Notes under the pieces: generated by a model
Databases searched by the model: none
What the model was told of the DNA's origin: nothing
The model's input: only the letters and a program-made list of their open reading frames with translations
Program-made: the position numbers and the translations under genes
IMG/VR virus record: IMGVR_UViG_3300010299_000003
From: an uncultured virus (IMG/VR IMGVR_UViG_3300010299_000003)
Taxonomy: Duplodnaviria > Heunggongvirae > Uroviricota > Caudoviricetes
DNA length: 64,000 bases
Strand: one strand, 5' to 3'
Part shown: one piece after another, positions 8,731 to 18,433 of the stretch
Layout of the letters: the number at the start of each line of letters is the position of its first letter
Position numbering within the stretch: position 1 is the stretch's first letter

Positions 8731-9606
8731 TTAGTTACTTTTCTTAGGGCCAATAATTGTTATTTTTATTGGCTCTTTATTTTTTATTTTCATTTTAGGT
8801 GGATGCAAAAGATTCCTTCTTAAAATAACTTCCTTAGATGCATCATAATATGGTGGCTCACATTCACTCCATATTTTTTGAAAATGACCACCACCATCAG
8901 ACCCTTTTACATGTATATTCATAAAATAATGCTGTAATTCATGTCTATAAATTTGTTTAATGTCTATATTTTCAATTAAATATACAGTTCTAGTTTCTGG
9001 TTGATATACACCAACTACAGCACCACCCATAATTGGAACAAAATTAAATCCTAATCTATCTAAACTGTGTACATCAACTGCACTGGCTTTTACTACAAAA
9101 CATCTAGGTATATTAGTTTCCATTACTGGATTTTTAGGCCATACTTTTGTATTAACACATTGTAGTGCTTTGTTATATTCTTCTTGCTCATTAATAAACA
9201 CACCGCAAGGAGCTAAATCGTTCCATGTAGCATTTGGGAATAATTCATGAATTACATGTTTATTTGTAGCAGTCGTTATTACAGATTGTCCTTTTTGATT
9301 TGTGCTTTTATTTAAAATTTTATCTACTGCAATTAATAGAGCAATTACACATACAGCTACAGTGAGTGTAGTTTGTATAGCTTTTAGAACTTTAACTATT
9401 CCAGATAATATACAAGAAGTTATGGATTTTAAAGGATTGAGTATTTTGGCAAGAATTTTAGATATTTTAGAAAGTTTATTAGATATTGAGTTTATAACTT
9501 TATCTATTTTTTTAGATATTTTTTTACAATTTTTATCTAGTTTTTTTATTTTAGTTTGTATTAGCTTTATTATCTTTTTCACAAAAATTCCTACAAAAAT
9601 AAACAC
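8731..9606 (-). CDS. Membrane-anchored putative zincin metallopeptidase
   Basis: Basic amphipathic N-terminus, TM helix, then GVY..RHELQHY..GGGH (HExxH plus distal His). True start uncertain. Confidence 0.6.
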   Translation of the reverse strand: MFIFVGIFVKKIIKLIQTKIKKLDKNCKKISKKIDKVINSISNKLSKISKILAKILNPLKSITSCILSGIVKVLKAIQTTLTVAVCVIALLIAVDKILNKSTNQKGQSVITTATNKHVIHELFPNATWNDLAPCGVFINEQEEYNKALQCVNTKVWPKNPVMETNIPRCFVVKASAVDVHSLDRLGFNFVPIMGGAVVGVYQPETRTVYLIENIDIKQIYRHELQHYFMNIHVKGSDGGGHFQKIWSECEPPYYDASKEVILRRNLLHPPKMKIKNKEPIKITIIGPKKSN

Positions 9607-9612
9607 TGTTTA

Positions 9613-9620
9613 TATTTATA
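9613..9620 (-). promoter_or_regulatory. Late promoter TATAAATA
   Basis: Exact consensus, intergenic. Confidence 0.6.
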
Positions 9621-9640
9621 GTATTTTATTTCTACCAGCA

Positions 9641-9910
9641 TTAATCCAATTCTTCTGGTTTTATTGGCACAATAGCAATTTTAGTTTTCTTTTTAGAATC
9701 TTTAAATATTTGTGGCAAAGAATCGGTTATATGCTCTGCTAAAATTTTATTAATTTTTTCAATCAATTCTTTAGTTTCTGCTTCTATTTTTTCATTAGGA
9801 TTTGAAGTATCAAAGGTTAAAATAACCTCATACACTTTCACCATCGCCCTTAGTTTTTTTTCTTCCACTTTTTTTGGCAGATTTTCGTTCTTTTTCGACA
9901 TTACTATCAA
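9641..9910 (-). CDS. Hypothetical protein
   Basis: 89-aa ORF overlapping the tail of the upstream gene. Confidence 0.6.
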   Translation of the reverse strand: MIVMSKKNENLPKKVEEKKLRAMVKVYEVILTFDTSNPNEKIEAETKELIEKINKILAEHITDSLPQIFKDSKKKTKIAIVPIKPEELD

Positions 9911-10337
9911 TAACCTCGTCTTTTATTAATCCAGGAAATGCCTCGTTTATAACTTTTCTGGTCAATCCAATATCTAATTTTTTATCCTTTGCATGTATTA
10001 AAATTTCAGATTCCTTTGAATCTAATTGTTCTAGCAATTCTATGAATAAGCTCTCTCTTTTAGATTGTTTAATCTTTGGAGATAACTCTTTTACAAAAAC
10101 ATACCAACCTCTAGAACTAGCTTTTAATGTAGTATCACCAAATCCATCGGGGTTCTTGTTCTTTTTGTAAGGTGGAGCACCTTCAGGTAGAGCAAGAGAT
10201 AAAGATTTGTCATAATTTAATCTCAAAATTCCTCTTAATGCAGAACAATCATTTTTAACTAAAATATCAATTCTTTCATTATTTGTTTTTGCTGTTTTAA
10301 CTTTATCTAAAATTTCAGCAACACTCAAAGATGACAT
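9828..10337 (-). CDS. Conserved T4-like hypothetical protein (usual rnh neighbour)
   Basis: EILDKV..ILRLNYD..LPEGAPPYK..KRESLFIELLE..AFPGLI. Confidence 0.75.
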   Translation of the reverse strand: MSSLSVAEILDKVKTAKTNNERIDILVKNDCSALRGILRLNYDKSLSLALPEGAPPYKKNKNPDGFGDTTLKASSRGWYVFVKELSPKIKQSKRESLFIELLEQLDSKESEILIHAKDKKLDIGLTRKVINEAFPGLIKDEVIDSNVEKERKSAKKSGRKKTKGDGESV

Positions 10338-10354
10338 AATATCTAACTCCCATT

Positions 10355-11242
10355 TTAAAACTCAGAAATACTCTCTAATAGATACTTCAATCTATTTTTA
10401 ACAAAATAATTCAATAAGTGTCTTTTTTGACCTTGAGGGCCTGTTTCATAACACTTTATTATTTTCTCTTGTATATTTATAGGCGTAAAATCTAAATCTA
10501 TTAATTGTTGATTTCTTTTATAATTTCTTAGAATATTTTCATCTTCAATACTGTCTAAATTTTCCAATTCAATCCAAGATTTTATCTTGTCTTTTCTTAA
10601 TGGTTTTTGTCTGGTTCCCTCAGTAACAAATACCGAATCTTGAGATAATACGTTTGGAATTCCATCTCCAGAATCACCAGTTAATATATGTTCTTTTAAA
10701 GTCTTTTTTGGATCATCACATGTTATATATTTCTTGAACATTGGTGAATATTGTCTTACGTTATTATATTTTTGTAATTGAACAAAGTCTTTATCACCAG
10801 ACAATATTAAAACCTTTTCTGGTTGAGGATCTAATGTTCCAGATGATAAATTATTTTTTTGAGAATATCTAACCATAGTTCCGATAATATCATCAGCTTC
10901 TGCACCATCAACTTGAATTACCGTATATGGAAAGAATTCTTTTATTTCATCTCTAATTTTATTCAATGTGGTAAAAATTAAATTCCAATCATATTTTGAA
11001 GCATCACGCATTTTTTTTCTGTTTGCTTTATAATATGGAAAGACATCTTTTCTCCAATACGTTCTATCATCGGTACAAAAAATAAGCTCACCATACTCAT
11101 CAGAAAACTTTTTCTTATATGATAAAATCGTAGATAGTACCATATGTCTAATCATATCCTCAGAAAGCTCTGAGGTTGGACTGGCATTAATCTGAGACAT
11201 CAAGTTTGATATTAGGGTTTGGTTAAAGTCTATAAGTATCAT
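10355..11242 (-). CDS. rnh: RNase H (T4 FEN-type 5'-3' exonuclease)
   Basis: ILIDFNQ, WRKDVFPYYKANRK, EADDIIG, SGDKDFVQL, GDSGDGIPN, RNQQLIDL. Confidence 0.96.
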   Translation of the reverse strand: MILIDFNQTLISNLMSQINASPTSELSEDMIRHMVLSTILSYKKKFSDEYGELIFCTDDRTYWRKDVFPYYKANRKKMRDASKYDWNLIFTTLNKIRDEIKEFFPYTVIQVDGAEADDIIGTMVRYSQKNNLSSGTLDPQPEKVLILSGDKDFVQLQKYNNVRQYSPMFKKYITCDDPKKTLKEHILTGDSGDGIPNVLSQDSVFVTEGTRQKPLRKDKIKSWIELENLDSIEDENILRNYKRNQQLIDLDFTPINIQEKIIKCYETGPQGQKRHLLNYFVKNRLKYLLESISEF

Positions 11243-11296
11243 AATAAAACATTATACAAAATATATTAACATAAAGCAAATTTTTTACCATTTTTA

Positions 11297-12103
11297 TCAA
11301 GCACCAACATTCCAAAATAATATGGGTTCAACTCTTTTATTATTTTCATAATAATCGATCATGGGCTTCCATGCTTTAGCATCATATTCAGGAGCAGAAG
11401 GAAATGGTGGCATTTCGGCTTGTTTCACTCTTTGATTCCATTTATATTTTGATGGATGGAATATAGCTCTTCCAATTTCTCTTTCATTCATATTATGACC
11501 CCCAGATGATACTACATGCACCTCTGCATTTGGCCATGCTAATTGTAGTGCTCGATTTAATGTTCCACTTGAGCCTATACTCCACACATGACTAGGAATT
11601 ACAGGCAAAGATCTAGCAACTTTTATAAAACATGCAAAAACAGTAGGATGCTCAAGACCTATTGGCAATAAAGCTCTAGTAGAAGGATCTTCAGCTACAT
11701 AATCTCTAGCTCTTTTTTTAGTTACAGTAAGCATACCATCTGGTATCCAATGATATTCTGCACCAAGCTCAATTCCCTTTTTTTGATATTCATGTAAATT
11801 ATTCATGTTTCTTTTTGCCATGAATATTACAGCTTTTTTATCATATCTATTGCATAAAAATGGTAAGCTAATTTGTGCATAACCTGTTGCTGGACACGAG
11901 CCATATACCCATTCTTTTATATGCTTATGTTTTTCACAATGACCTATTAAATAATCAGCACCCCTTATCTTTGTTCCTGCATCTAGAAGATCATCTCTAA
12001 CAACATATATTCCATTATGCAATTCTAAAACTGGTTTTGGGTAAGGATCATTCCAATTTTGTATTAGATTTAAATATTGATCATCCAATATCTGCTCAAT
12101 CAC
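11297..12103 (-). CDS. PLP-dependent enzyme (fold type II-like) of the type found in phage base-modification loci
   Basis: VVRDDLL..GTKIR (Schiff-base Lys), GYAQISL, SIGSSGTL phosphate loop, YDAKAW, LFWNVGA. Confidence 0.75.
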   Translation of the reverse strand: MIEQILDDQYLNLIQNWNDPYPKPVLELHNGIYVVRDDLLDAGTKIRGADYLIGHCEKHKHIKEWVYGSCPATGYAQISLPFLCNRYDKKAVIFMAKRNMNNLHEYQKKGIELGAEYHWIPDGMLTVTKKRARDYVAEDPSTRALLPIGLEHPTVFACFIKVARSLPVIPSHVWSIGSSGTLNRALQLAWPNAEVHVVSSGGHNMNEREIGRAIFHPSKYKWNQRVKQAEMPPFPSAPEYDAKAWKPMIDYYENNKRVEPILFWNVGA

Positions 12104-12105
12104 AA

Positions 12106-12363
12106 TTAATGCTTCCTTTCGCCATGTAATATTGCTTTGAATTCTTTATAAGAGTTTTCAGCCATTTCTTTTTTAAATAATTCTGGTTTATACTCATCTA
12201 TTGTATAGTAGATACCATCTTCAAATCCACGAAAATAAAAAAACTTTTCTAAATTTTCTTTTGCAATATTAGATTTTAAACTCTGATACAATTTTCCAAA
12301 AATTGCACCACATATAAAATTTATTAAGCAACAAAAAAATAGTATTAAAAAATAGCTGTCCAT
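12106..12363 (-). CDS. Small membrane protein
   Basis: N-terminal TM helix; YFRGFEDG motif. Confidence 0.65.
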   Translation of the reverse strand: MDSYFLILFFCCLINFICGAIFGKLYQSLKSNIAKENLEKFFYFRGFEDGIYYTIDEYKPELFKKEMAENSYKEFKAILHGERKH

Positions 12364-12365
12364 AA

Positions 12366-12476
12366 TTATTTAAATCTAATTTTTTTCATTTTTCTTATAG
12401 CATCATTAAAACCTAAATTATAGCCGACAAAGATGCCCAACAAAAAAACAACAAGATATAAAATAATATTAATCAC
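12366..12476 (-). CDS. Small membrane peptide (36 aa; not in ORF track)
   Basis: GTG start, MINIILYLVVFLLGIFVGYNLGFNDAIRKMKKIRFK*. Fills the gap exactly. Confidence 0.55.
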   Translation of the reverse strand: MINIILYLVVFLLGIFVGYNLGFNDAIRKMKKIRFK

Positions 12477-12735
12477 GTTTTAAGTTTGTCATTTCATCAG
12501 TTAATTTCATTGAGAGTTCAGTAATAGTCATATCTTTTATTGCTTTACCAGATATTGCACATTTTTTATCCAATTTTTTAACACACTGTAGTATTACAAT
12601 AATTTCCATTTGTCTTTTTGACAAAGCTATTGCATTTGCAAGTCTTACACCAGCCATAAAACAAAATATGGCACTTAACATACATATGATAATTAATTCT
12701 AAATTTAGGTTTTCCATTTTAATAATTTTCTCCAA
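12469..12735 (-). CDS. Small membrane protein
   Basis: TM helix LIIICMLSAIFCFMAGV. Confidence 0.6.
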   Translation of the reverse strand: MEKIIKMENLNLELIIICMLSAIFCFMAGVRLANAIALSKRQMEIIVILQCVKKLDKKCAISGKAIKDMTITELSMKLTDEMTNLKRD

Positions 12736-13022
12736 AAACTTTGATTACTTTTTACATTATCTTTCATCCAATTTAATATTTTTATAGAAGAATTTATCCT
12801 ATCTATTTGTTGAACAAAATATATTTGTTCATCATGCGTTAATGGTTTTTTTAAATTTTCCATATACATTATATCAAATTTTGATAACTCAAAAGATTGA
12901 ATCAAAAATTCAATATTTGTAACTAAATTATTTTTTCGATAATCATATTTTTTAACTTCCTCAGTATTGTTTGTCTTAAAGGTATTTACTAGTTTTTTTA
13001 TAGATACCAATTTCATAATCAA
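12705..13022 (-). CDS. Hypothetical protein
   Basis: Coupled ORF in operon. Confidence 0.6.
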   Translation of the reverse strand: MIMKLVSIKKLVNTFKTNNTEEVKKYDYRKNNLVTNIEFLIQSFELSKFDIMYMENLKKPLTHDEQIYFVQQIDRINSSIKILNWMKDNVKSNQSFWRKLLKWKT

Positions 13023-14380
13023 CTATCTTTTAATCTTTTGATATTTTTTAGATCATCACCAGCTAAACTTGATACTATGCTATTTTGATAAAAATCTTTT
13101 AATCTACGCATGATAAAATTATTTTCTGGTTCTTGAGATAATGTATCTATAATATCAATAAGTTCGTTATAAGTTCGATGAAAACTTTCACTAAATATAC
13201 CCTCTTGATATTCAATTTCAAAATTATACTTATCCAACTTTAATTTTCCACCATATCGATAAATTGCATAGTCTTTTAGAGTCGATTCTATTTTATCTAT
13301 ATCTAAATTATTGCATAAAAATCTCAAGTATAATTGACTTGCAAATTTACATTTTCTATCTTTTATTAAAAATAAATCATTTCGCCATATGGCATCATAT
13401 AATGCAGATATATCGCCAATAGGCATCATGTAAATGAACTGTTCAATATCACAATTCTTGGGTGGAAAGAAATTTTCTAATGTGATATGAGATAACTCTT
13501 GTTTTGCAACTGAAGCTCTAGATTTTAATGTATCATCATTTAAATATTCTTTTACAAAAAACGACGATGTGGTTTTATTATACCAAGATACAGATTTTTT
13601 CTCCAACCCTTCTTCAAATTTTTTTAAGTTTATCCACAATGCTTGATTTTTATTCTGTTCTAAAACGGCATAATAACAATACTCATCAGAAACCTTATTG
13701 CCATTTTCGTCAATAAATGGAAATACCTTAACTACATCAAATCTATTCTTTTTGACTTCATACGAATGATAATTTCTAATATCTAAATTATAATTATCTG
13801 ATAAATGTTTTGCCAATTTTATTGTTAAAAGAACATCAGCTAAAGATTCATGCTCTTGAGTTTCATCTATATTAAGTAAACCTAATGATTTTAAAACAGA
13901 TTCAAGTTTATATACAGTTCTATTATTTTCATTTTTTTCCAACAGATTTACAAAATCTTCATTATCACAGCATAATCTTTTTACTGCATGTAAAACATCA
14001 CCATAGTTTAAACAACCACCAAAATATGGATTAAGTCCATTTCTAATCATGCTAGTTCTTAAATATGGAACATCAAATATATTTGAATTATATCCAATTA
14101 ATTTAACTTGATCTTTTTCAATAACACTTTGTAGATACTTTTGTATTTTAGCTACGGCTATGTGTTCAGGATCTGTAGACTCTTCATTATGTTTTATAAC
14201 ATCAAGTTTAGTTGCAAGTATTGCATATGGATCTGGAAGTTGAGTTCTAGAAATTTTTACAGTTCCAGTTAATTTCGACTGAATAGACCAATCATCATTT
14301 ACCTCAACAAAGGCATAATTTAATATTTGACCGACAGTATTTAAGTCGGTAGTTTCTAAATCAAAAAATATACTTTTCAT
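13019..14380 (-). CDS. Exonuclease I (SbcB)-like DEDDh 3'-5' exonuclease
   Basis: FFDLETT, QIL, PDPYA, GYNSNIFDVPYLR, HESLADV; 453 aa, similar in length to ExoI. Confidence 0.75.
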   Translation of the reverse strand: MKSIFFDLETTDLNTVGQILNYAFVEVNDDWSIQSKLTGTVKISRTQLPDPYAILATKLDVIKHNEESTDPEHIAVAKIQKYLQSVIEKDQVKLIGYNSNIFDVPYLRTSMIRNGLNPYFGGCLNYGDVLHAVKRLCCDNEDFVNLLEKNENNRTVYKLESVLKSLGLLNIDETQEHESLADVLLTIKLAKHLSDNYNLDIRNYHSYEVKKNRFDVVKVFPFIDENGNKVSDEYCYYAVLEQNKNQALWINLKKFEEGLEKKSVSWYNKTTSSFFVKEYLNDDTLKSRASVAKQELSHITLENFFPPKNCDIEQFIYMMPIGDISALYDAIWRNDLFLIKDRKCKFASQLYLRFLCNNLDIDKIESTLKDYAIYRYGGKLKLDKYNFEIEYQEGIFSESFHRTYNELIDIIDTLSQEPENNFIMRRLKDFYQNSIVSSLAGDDLKNIKRLKDS

Positions 14381-14381
14381 A

Positions 14382-15488
14382 TTATAATACTCTTAGTAAG
14401 ATAGTATCTTTATTAATTCTACCTGTCAATTTTTTTTCTTTTGTTCTGATAGAAGGCATTAATTTTCTTAAAGAGACCTTACCATCATTTAAAACTTTAT
14501 CCAGAATTTTTTCAGGTTGTCTTAATTTTTTACACACAGATTCTGACACATCAAAATTCATTATTGTACATCCCTTAACAGAAAAGCCATGATTATTATT
14601 ACACACATAAACACCCAAAATTCTATATTTAACATTATACACCCATAATTGACTAGCACCAACAATTTTTGTAGGTGGAATACTTTTTAATGACTCATGT
14701 TGTTTTAAAAATTGAAGTTTTTCAACTTGTTTTAATGGAGATTTTGGTTTTTTCTTTCTAGGTGTTTTATTGTTTAAAGAAATTTGTTTAGTTACATCAA
14801 ACCATCGATCACACGCATCTATTATATTTTCTACAAATTTTATAAATTTATTTAATTGATTTTTATCTAAAAAATTATATGCTTCAGATAATTGATCGCA
14901 CTTGTTTGATTTTGCTAATTTTAATTCAGATAAAAGAGTGTTTTGATAATATTCTTTTATATTTTTAGTTTGCTGATGTTTAACATTATTCTTTTTTAAC
15001 CACTCATAAAAATCAATTTTTTTCTTAAAATTTGATTCTATTAAAGAATCAATAAAAAAAGCAATTTCACTTAAATACTCATTTAACTGATTTTCTATAT
15101 TTTCTTGTATTGTTGGCTTTACAATTTTTTTGTCTGTATCATCACTTTGGACTTCAACATTAGTTGATGAATTTAGTATTTTGTTTTTTTCATTAGTAAT
15201 ATAATGGTCGTATGAATTTGGAAACTTTTCCGCATTCAATAATTTAATTCTACACAACCACCCTATTGTTGTTGAAATATTGTTTGCATTTTTTACAATA
15301 CTATCTAAAGTATCTTTTTTCTCGCCACTCTTTTTAAGAAATTCTATAAAATACTTTTTAGCATCTGAAGAATTTTTATTATAGTTGTACCAATTTAATA
15401 TATTAATTAATTGGGTTTTATCGTCCTCAAAATCAACTTTCCATAATGGTTCTTGTGTCGATACTGAATGTTTGGCTTTTCTTCTCAT
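14382..15488 (-). CDS. Conserved T4-like hypothetical protein
   Basis: LNWYNY; C-terminal IVGASQLWVYNVKYR..KKLRQPE..GRINKDTILLRV. Confidence 0.75.
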   Translation of the reverse strand: MRRKAKHSVSTQEPLWKVDFEDDKTQLINILNWYNYNKNSSDAKKYFIEFLKKSGEKKDTLDSIVKNANNISTTIGWLCRIKLLNAEKFPNSYDHYITNEKNKILNSSTNVEVQSDDTDKKIVKPTIQENIENQLNEYLSEIAFFIDSLIESNFKKKIDFYEWLKKNNVKHQQTKNIKEYYQNTLLSELKLAKSNKCDQLSEAYNFLDKNQLNKFIKFVENIIDACDRWFDVTKQISLNNKTPRKKKPKSPLKQVEKLQFLKQHESLKSIPPTKIVGASQLWVYNVKYRILGVYVCNNNHGFSVKGCTIMNFDVSESVCKKLRQPEKILDKVLNDGKVSLRKLMPSIRTKEKKLTGRINKDTILLRVL

Positions 15489-15494
15489 AATTCT

Positions 15495-15505
15495 ATTATA
15501 TCACA
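15495..15505 (-). promoter_or_regulatory. Extended -10 early promoter motif TGTGATATAAT
   Basis: Recurrent motif, here ending 6 bp upstream of the start codon. Confidence 0.6.
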
Positions 15506-15666
15506 TTACAGACAAAAATAAAACGATTTTATTGTTCAATAATGTCAACAAGTTAAACTATATAAAATAATTTAAATTGACACTTTTGGTATATGGGTAT
15601 GATTGTACTATTTTATTTGATTTAAGTCAATATATGGTCTATTATTATTTTTTGGATTTAAAAAAT

Positions 15667-16206
15667 TTACAATATAGAATGACCATATTTTGCTATGTAG
15701 TAAGAATCAATAATATCTGACATTGGAGATTCACCTTCCTTACAGTGAATTATGCTAGAAATGTCAAACTCAGTTTGTTTTACAAAACTTTCATACATTA
15801 AAAGTTTATTGGCATTTCCCTTTCCAGTTGCAAACTTTTTTATGGTAGTTGGAGCAACTATACTTAAATTGTCTATTAACTTATTTTTATATAACTTATG
15901 CTTTAGTATTCCAGTATTTTCTGCAATATTAAAAATAACACCTTTTGCAGAAAATGCATACCCTTCTATGAATATTGATGACTTTTTTGGAATAACTGAT
16001 AAAGCCCAATCAGATATGTTATTAAATCTTTCTTCTTGAGATAAAAAATCTTTATGCAAACTTCCAAAAAAAATTTTATCTGTAAAATGACACTTTTTTT
16101 TATTAGTTAAAAAATGAAATTTGCAATTACTAAAAGACCAATCTTTTCCTTCATGAACACATATTGAAGGACTTGACATAGAATAGTCTATTCCAACTAT
16201 ATTCAT
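15667..16206 (-). CDS. RuvC-like Holliday junction resolvase
   Basis: GIDYS, FIEGYAF, PTTIKKFATGKGNANK, DIIDSYYIA. Confidence 0.85.
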   Translation of the reverse strand: MNIVGIDYSMSSPSICVHEGKDWSFSNCKFHFLTNKKKCHFTDKIFFGSLHKDFLSQEERFNNISDWALSVIPKKSSIFIEGYAFSAKGVIFNIAENTGILKHKLYKNKLIDNLSIVAPTTIKKFATGKGNANKLLMYESFVKQTEFDISSIIHCKEGESPMSDIIDSYYIAKYGHSIL

Positions 16207-16211
16207 GATAA

Positions 16212-16439
16212 TTAATCTTCATCATCTGTATAATAGTCATCTTCAAAATTATCATAATCATCAAAGTCTTTAAGTAGAGGTGTTGTATTCCAAGTATCTG
16301 CAACATCTCCACAAAAAGGACAAATTTCTACTATTTTTTTATCAGAAGAGCTACCAAGATGTTCTACTATTTTTATAGTAAAGACAACTTCACACTCTTC
16401 GCATACATATTTTTTATTTTTACTCATTTTAAATCTCAC
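16212..16439 (-). CDS. Small zinc-ribbon protein with acidic tail
   Basis: CEEC...CPFCG. Confidence 0.7.
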   Translation of the reverse strand: MRFKMSKNKKYVCEECEVVFTIKIVEHLGSSSDKKIVEICPFCGDVADTWNTTPLLKDFDDYDNFEDDYYTDDED

Positions 16440-18354
16440 ATTTTCCAGCAGTACATGCTAATTCATGTGTTGCTGTTGTATTATCTTCCTTTTCATATAT
16501 ATATAATTTTTTCCAGTCTATATTTGTTGGCATTTTTCCTAACAATTCCAAATACTCTTTTTCACTACACTCTTGATATGGTGCTTGCTTGTATACATGA
16601 TCACTATATGGCAAAAATGATATACCAGATATATGATCAAAGTTTTTATAAACATATGATGCAATATCTAACCATTCATTTTCTTTAACTGAAATTGTGA
16701 TTGATACAGTATGTTCAGCCCAATATTTTTTGTAACATAACCACAAATCCAAATGCTCTATTGCACTTAATTCATTTCTATGAATTGATTTTGCAGGAGA
16801 CTCTACAGGAAATGAAAATACACTAGTATGCTCTGGTTTTGTAACATCAGGTTCATTAGGAAACCCAAGATCTTTCATCATCTTACATAATGGATCTTTA
16901 TTGTCAGAACGAACTGTTCTAATATAATATTGGGAATGTCTTGGGTGTATTCCAGATGCGCTATTAACAAGCTGAGATACAGTTCCTGACGGTTTAACAC
17001 AAGTTATAGATGCAGATTCTGGTATGCCTAATAGCTTTGCATATTTTATATTTGTTTGTATTGCAGTATCTTTTAGCTCAACGAGTATTTCTTTTAAGTT
17101 AGAATTAGGATTTGACATTATTGCATTATCAAGAATGCCAGTCAAAGAAACACCTAGTAATCTCTCTTCTTCTGCATTTTTTTTCCAATCTTTTGTCAAA
17201 TATCTAAAATGAGTTAAGGTTGATTGAAATGTGCCCAATATAGTAGCAAGTTCAACTTTTCTTTTCAACGATTCTACAGTATCTTCTGAACGAACTACAA
17301 CTTCAGATAAATTACAAAATCCTTTATTTCTTAATAATATTTCAGCACATGGATTTGTTCCAGCAATTTTTTCTACATTTCTTCTTGGCACACTTCCATT
17401 TGAAACTAGATTTTCAGCAGACTTTTTTGCGGCAACTAGATTGAAAATACCACGTTCACCAGATCTAGACTCATACAAAGATTTCCATTCATCCATGAAA
17501 ATTCCTATATCTGGTTTTTCAGTATAACATGCTGAGTTGTTTGCCAATGCTCTTTGCGAGTTTTCTAACCACCACTGACCAGATTTAGCACTTCTCATTC
17601 TATCATCAGATAAATTACTTAAAGATATTAGAGCAGATCTTCTGACTCCACCCACTACAATAACTTCAGCTATTTTACATACAATATCGTGACACTCGAT
17701 TGATTGTAATTTTCTACCAGATGCATTTTTAAAAGTTGTTATACAAAAATTAAATAGATCTACCAATGGCTCTGGGCCCGATGCTCTTCCACCAAAAGTC
17801 TTTAATGGAGTACCAGATGGTCTAACTCTACTGGTATCAATTTGTGGTATTTGACCCTGATATAAAAGACCTATTAATTCTTTCAAAGATTTTGCCCAGC
17901 CTATGCGAGAATCCTGAACAATAATTGTGGTATCTGTATGATAAAAAGATTCTGCTATAGATGGTAGCTGAGATACATATTGTCTTTCTACAGAAAAACC
18001 TACTCCAACGCCACACGATAAAATATATAGAATTTCATCAAATGCTCTTGTATTATCTATTGCTATGAATGAGCAATTATAGCCAGCAACTTCATCTCTT
18101 TCTAATGCTTCACCAGCAGTCATTAAACATCTCATCGAGGGCATTATGTCAAGAGATGTTATTGCATTTTTTAACTCTTCTGTTAAGGAATCGTCTAACT
18201 CATAATTACATCTATCTTTTAAATGTTTTTTAAAAAAGTTGAAATATCTATCTACAGTTTCTTCCCAAGTTTCTCTTCTTTTTTCAGATTCAATCCAACG
18301 ACTATATCTAGACAAGTGAATAAATTCTTGATAGAGAGATGGAAGTGTTTTCAT
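16429..18354 (-). CDS. nrdJ: Class II (adenosylcobalamin-dependent) ribonucleotide reductase, monomeric RTPR type
   Basis: RETWEETV, PSMR, YNC, GGVRRSALISL, TNPCAEI, CNLSEV, TCVKPSGTVS, C-terminal CTAGKCEI. Confidence 0.93.
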   Translation of the reverse strand: MKTLPSLYQEFIHLSRYSRWIESEKRRETWEETVDRYFNFFKKHLKDRCNYELDDSLTEELKNAITSLDIMPSMRCLMTAGEALERDEVAGYNCSFIAIDNTRAFDEILYILSCGVGVGFSVERQYVSQLPSIAESFYHTDTTIIVQDSRIGWAKSLKELIGLLYQGQIPQIDTSRVRPSGTPLKTFGGRASGPEPLVDLFNFCITTFKNASGRKLQSIECHDIVCKIAEVIVVGGVRRSALISLSNLSDDRMRSAKSGQWWLENSQRALANNSACYTEKPDIGIFMDEWKSLYESRSGERGIFNLVAAKKSAENLVSNGSVPRRNVEKIAGTNPCAEILLRNKGFCNLSEVVVRSEDTVESLKRKVELATILGTFQSTLTHFRYLTKDWKKNAEEERLLGVSLTGILDNAIMSNPNSNLKEILVELKDTAIQTNIKYAKLLGIPESASITCVKPSGTVSQLVNSASGIHPRHSQYYIRTVRSDNKDPLCKMMKDLGFPNEPDVTKPEHTSVFSFPVESPAKSIHRNELSAIEHLDLWLCYKKYWAEHTVSITISVKENEWLDIASYVYKNFDHISGISFLPYSDHVYKQAPYQECSEKEYLELLGKMPTNIDWKKLYIYEKEDNTTATHELACTAGKCEI

Positions 18355-18433
18355 TCAAATTACCTCATTAAAAATTAATTGAGAAACTAATATACAACAA
18401 AAAAAGATTATATGCAAGAGTATATATTACTTT

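Noticed and set aside
8553..8753. Minus-strand 66-aa ORF
   Set aside because: No SD and antisense-like composition; the plus-strand ORF 8578..8721 has better signals.
15506..15666. Intergenic region with several TTGAC-like boxes on both strands
   Set aside because: Spacing to -10 elements is non-canonical and there is no clear structure or ORF, so nothing specific can be supported.
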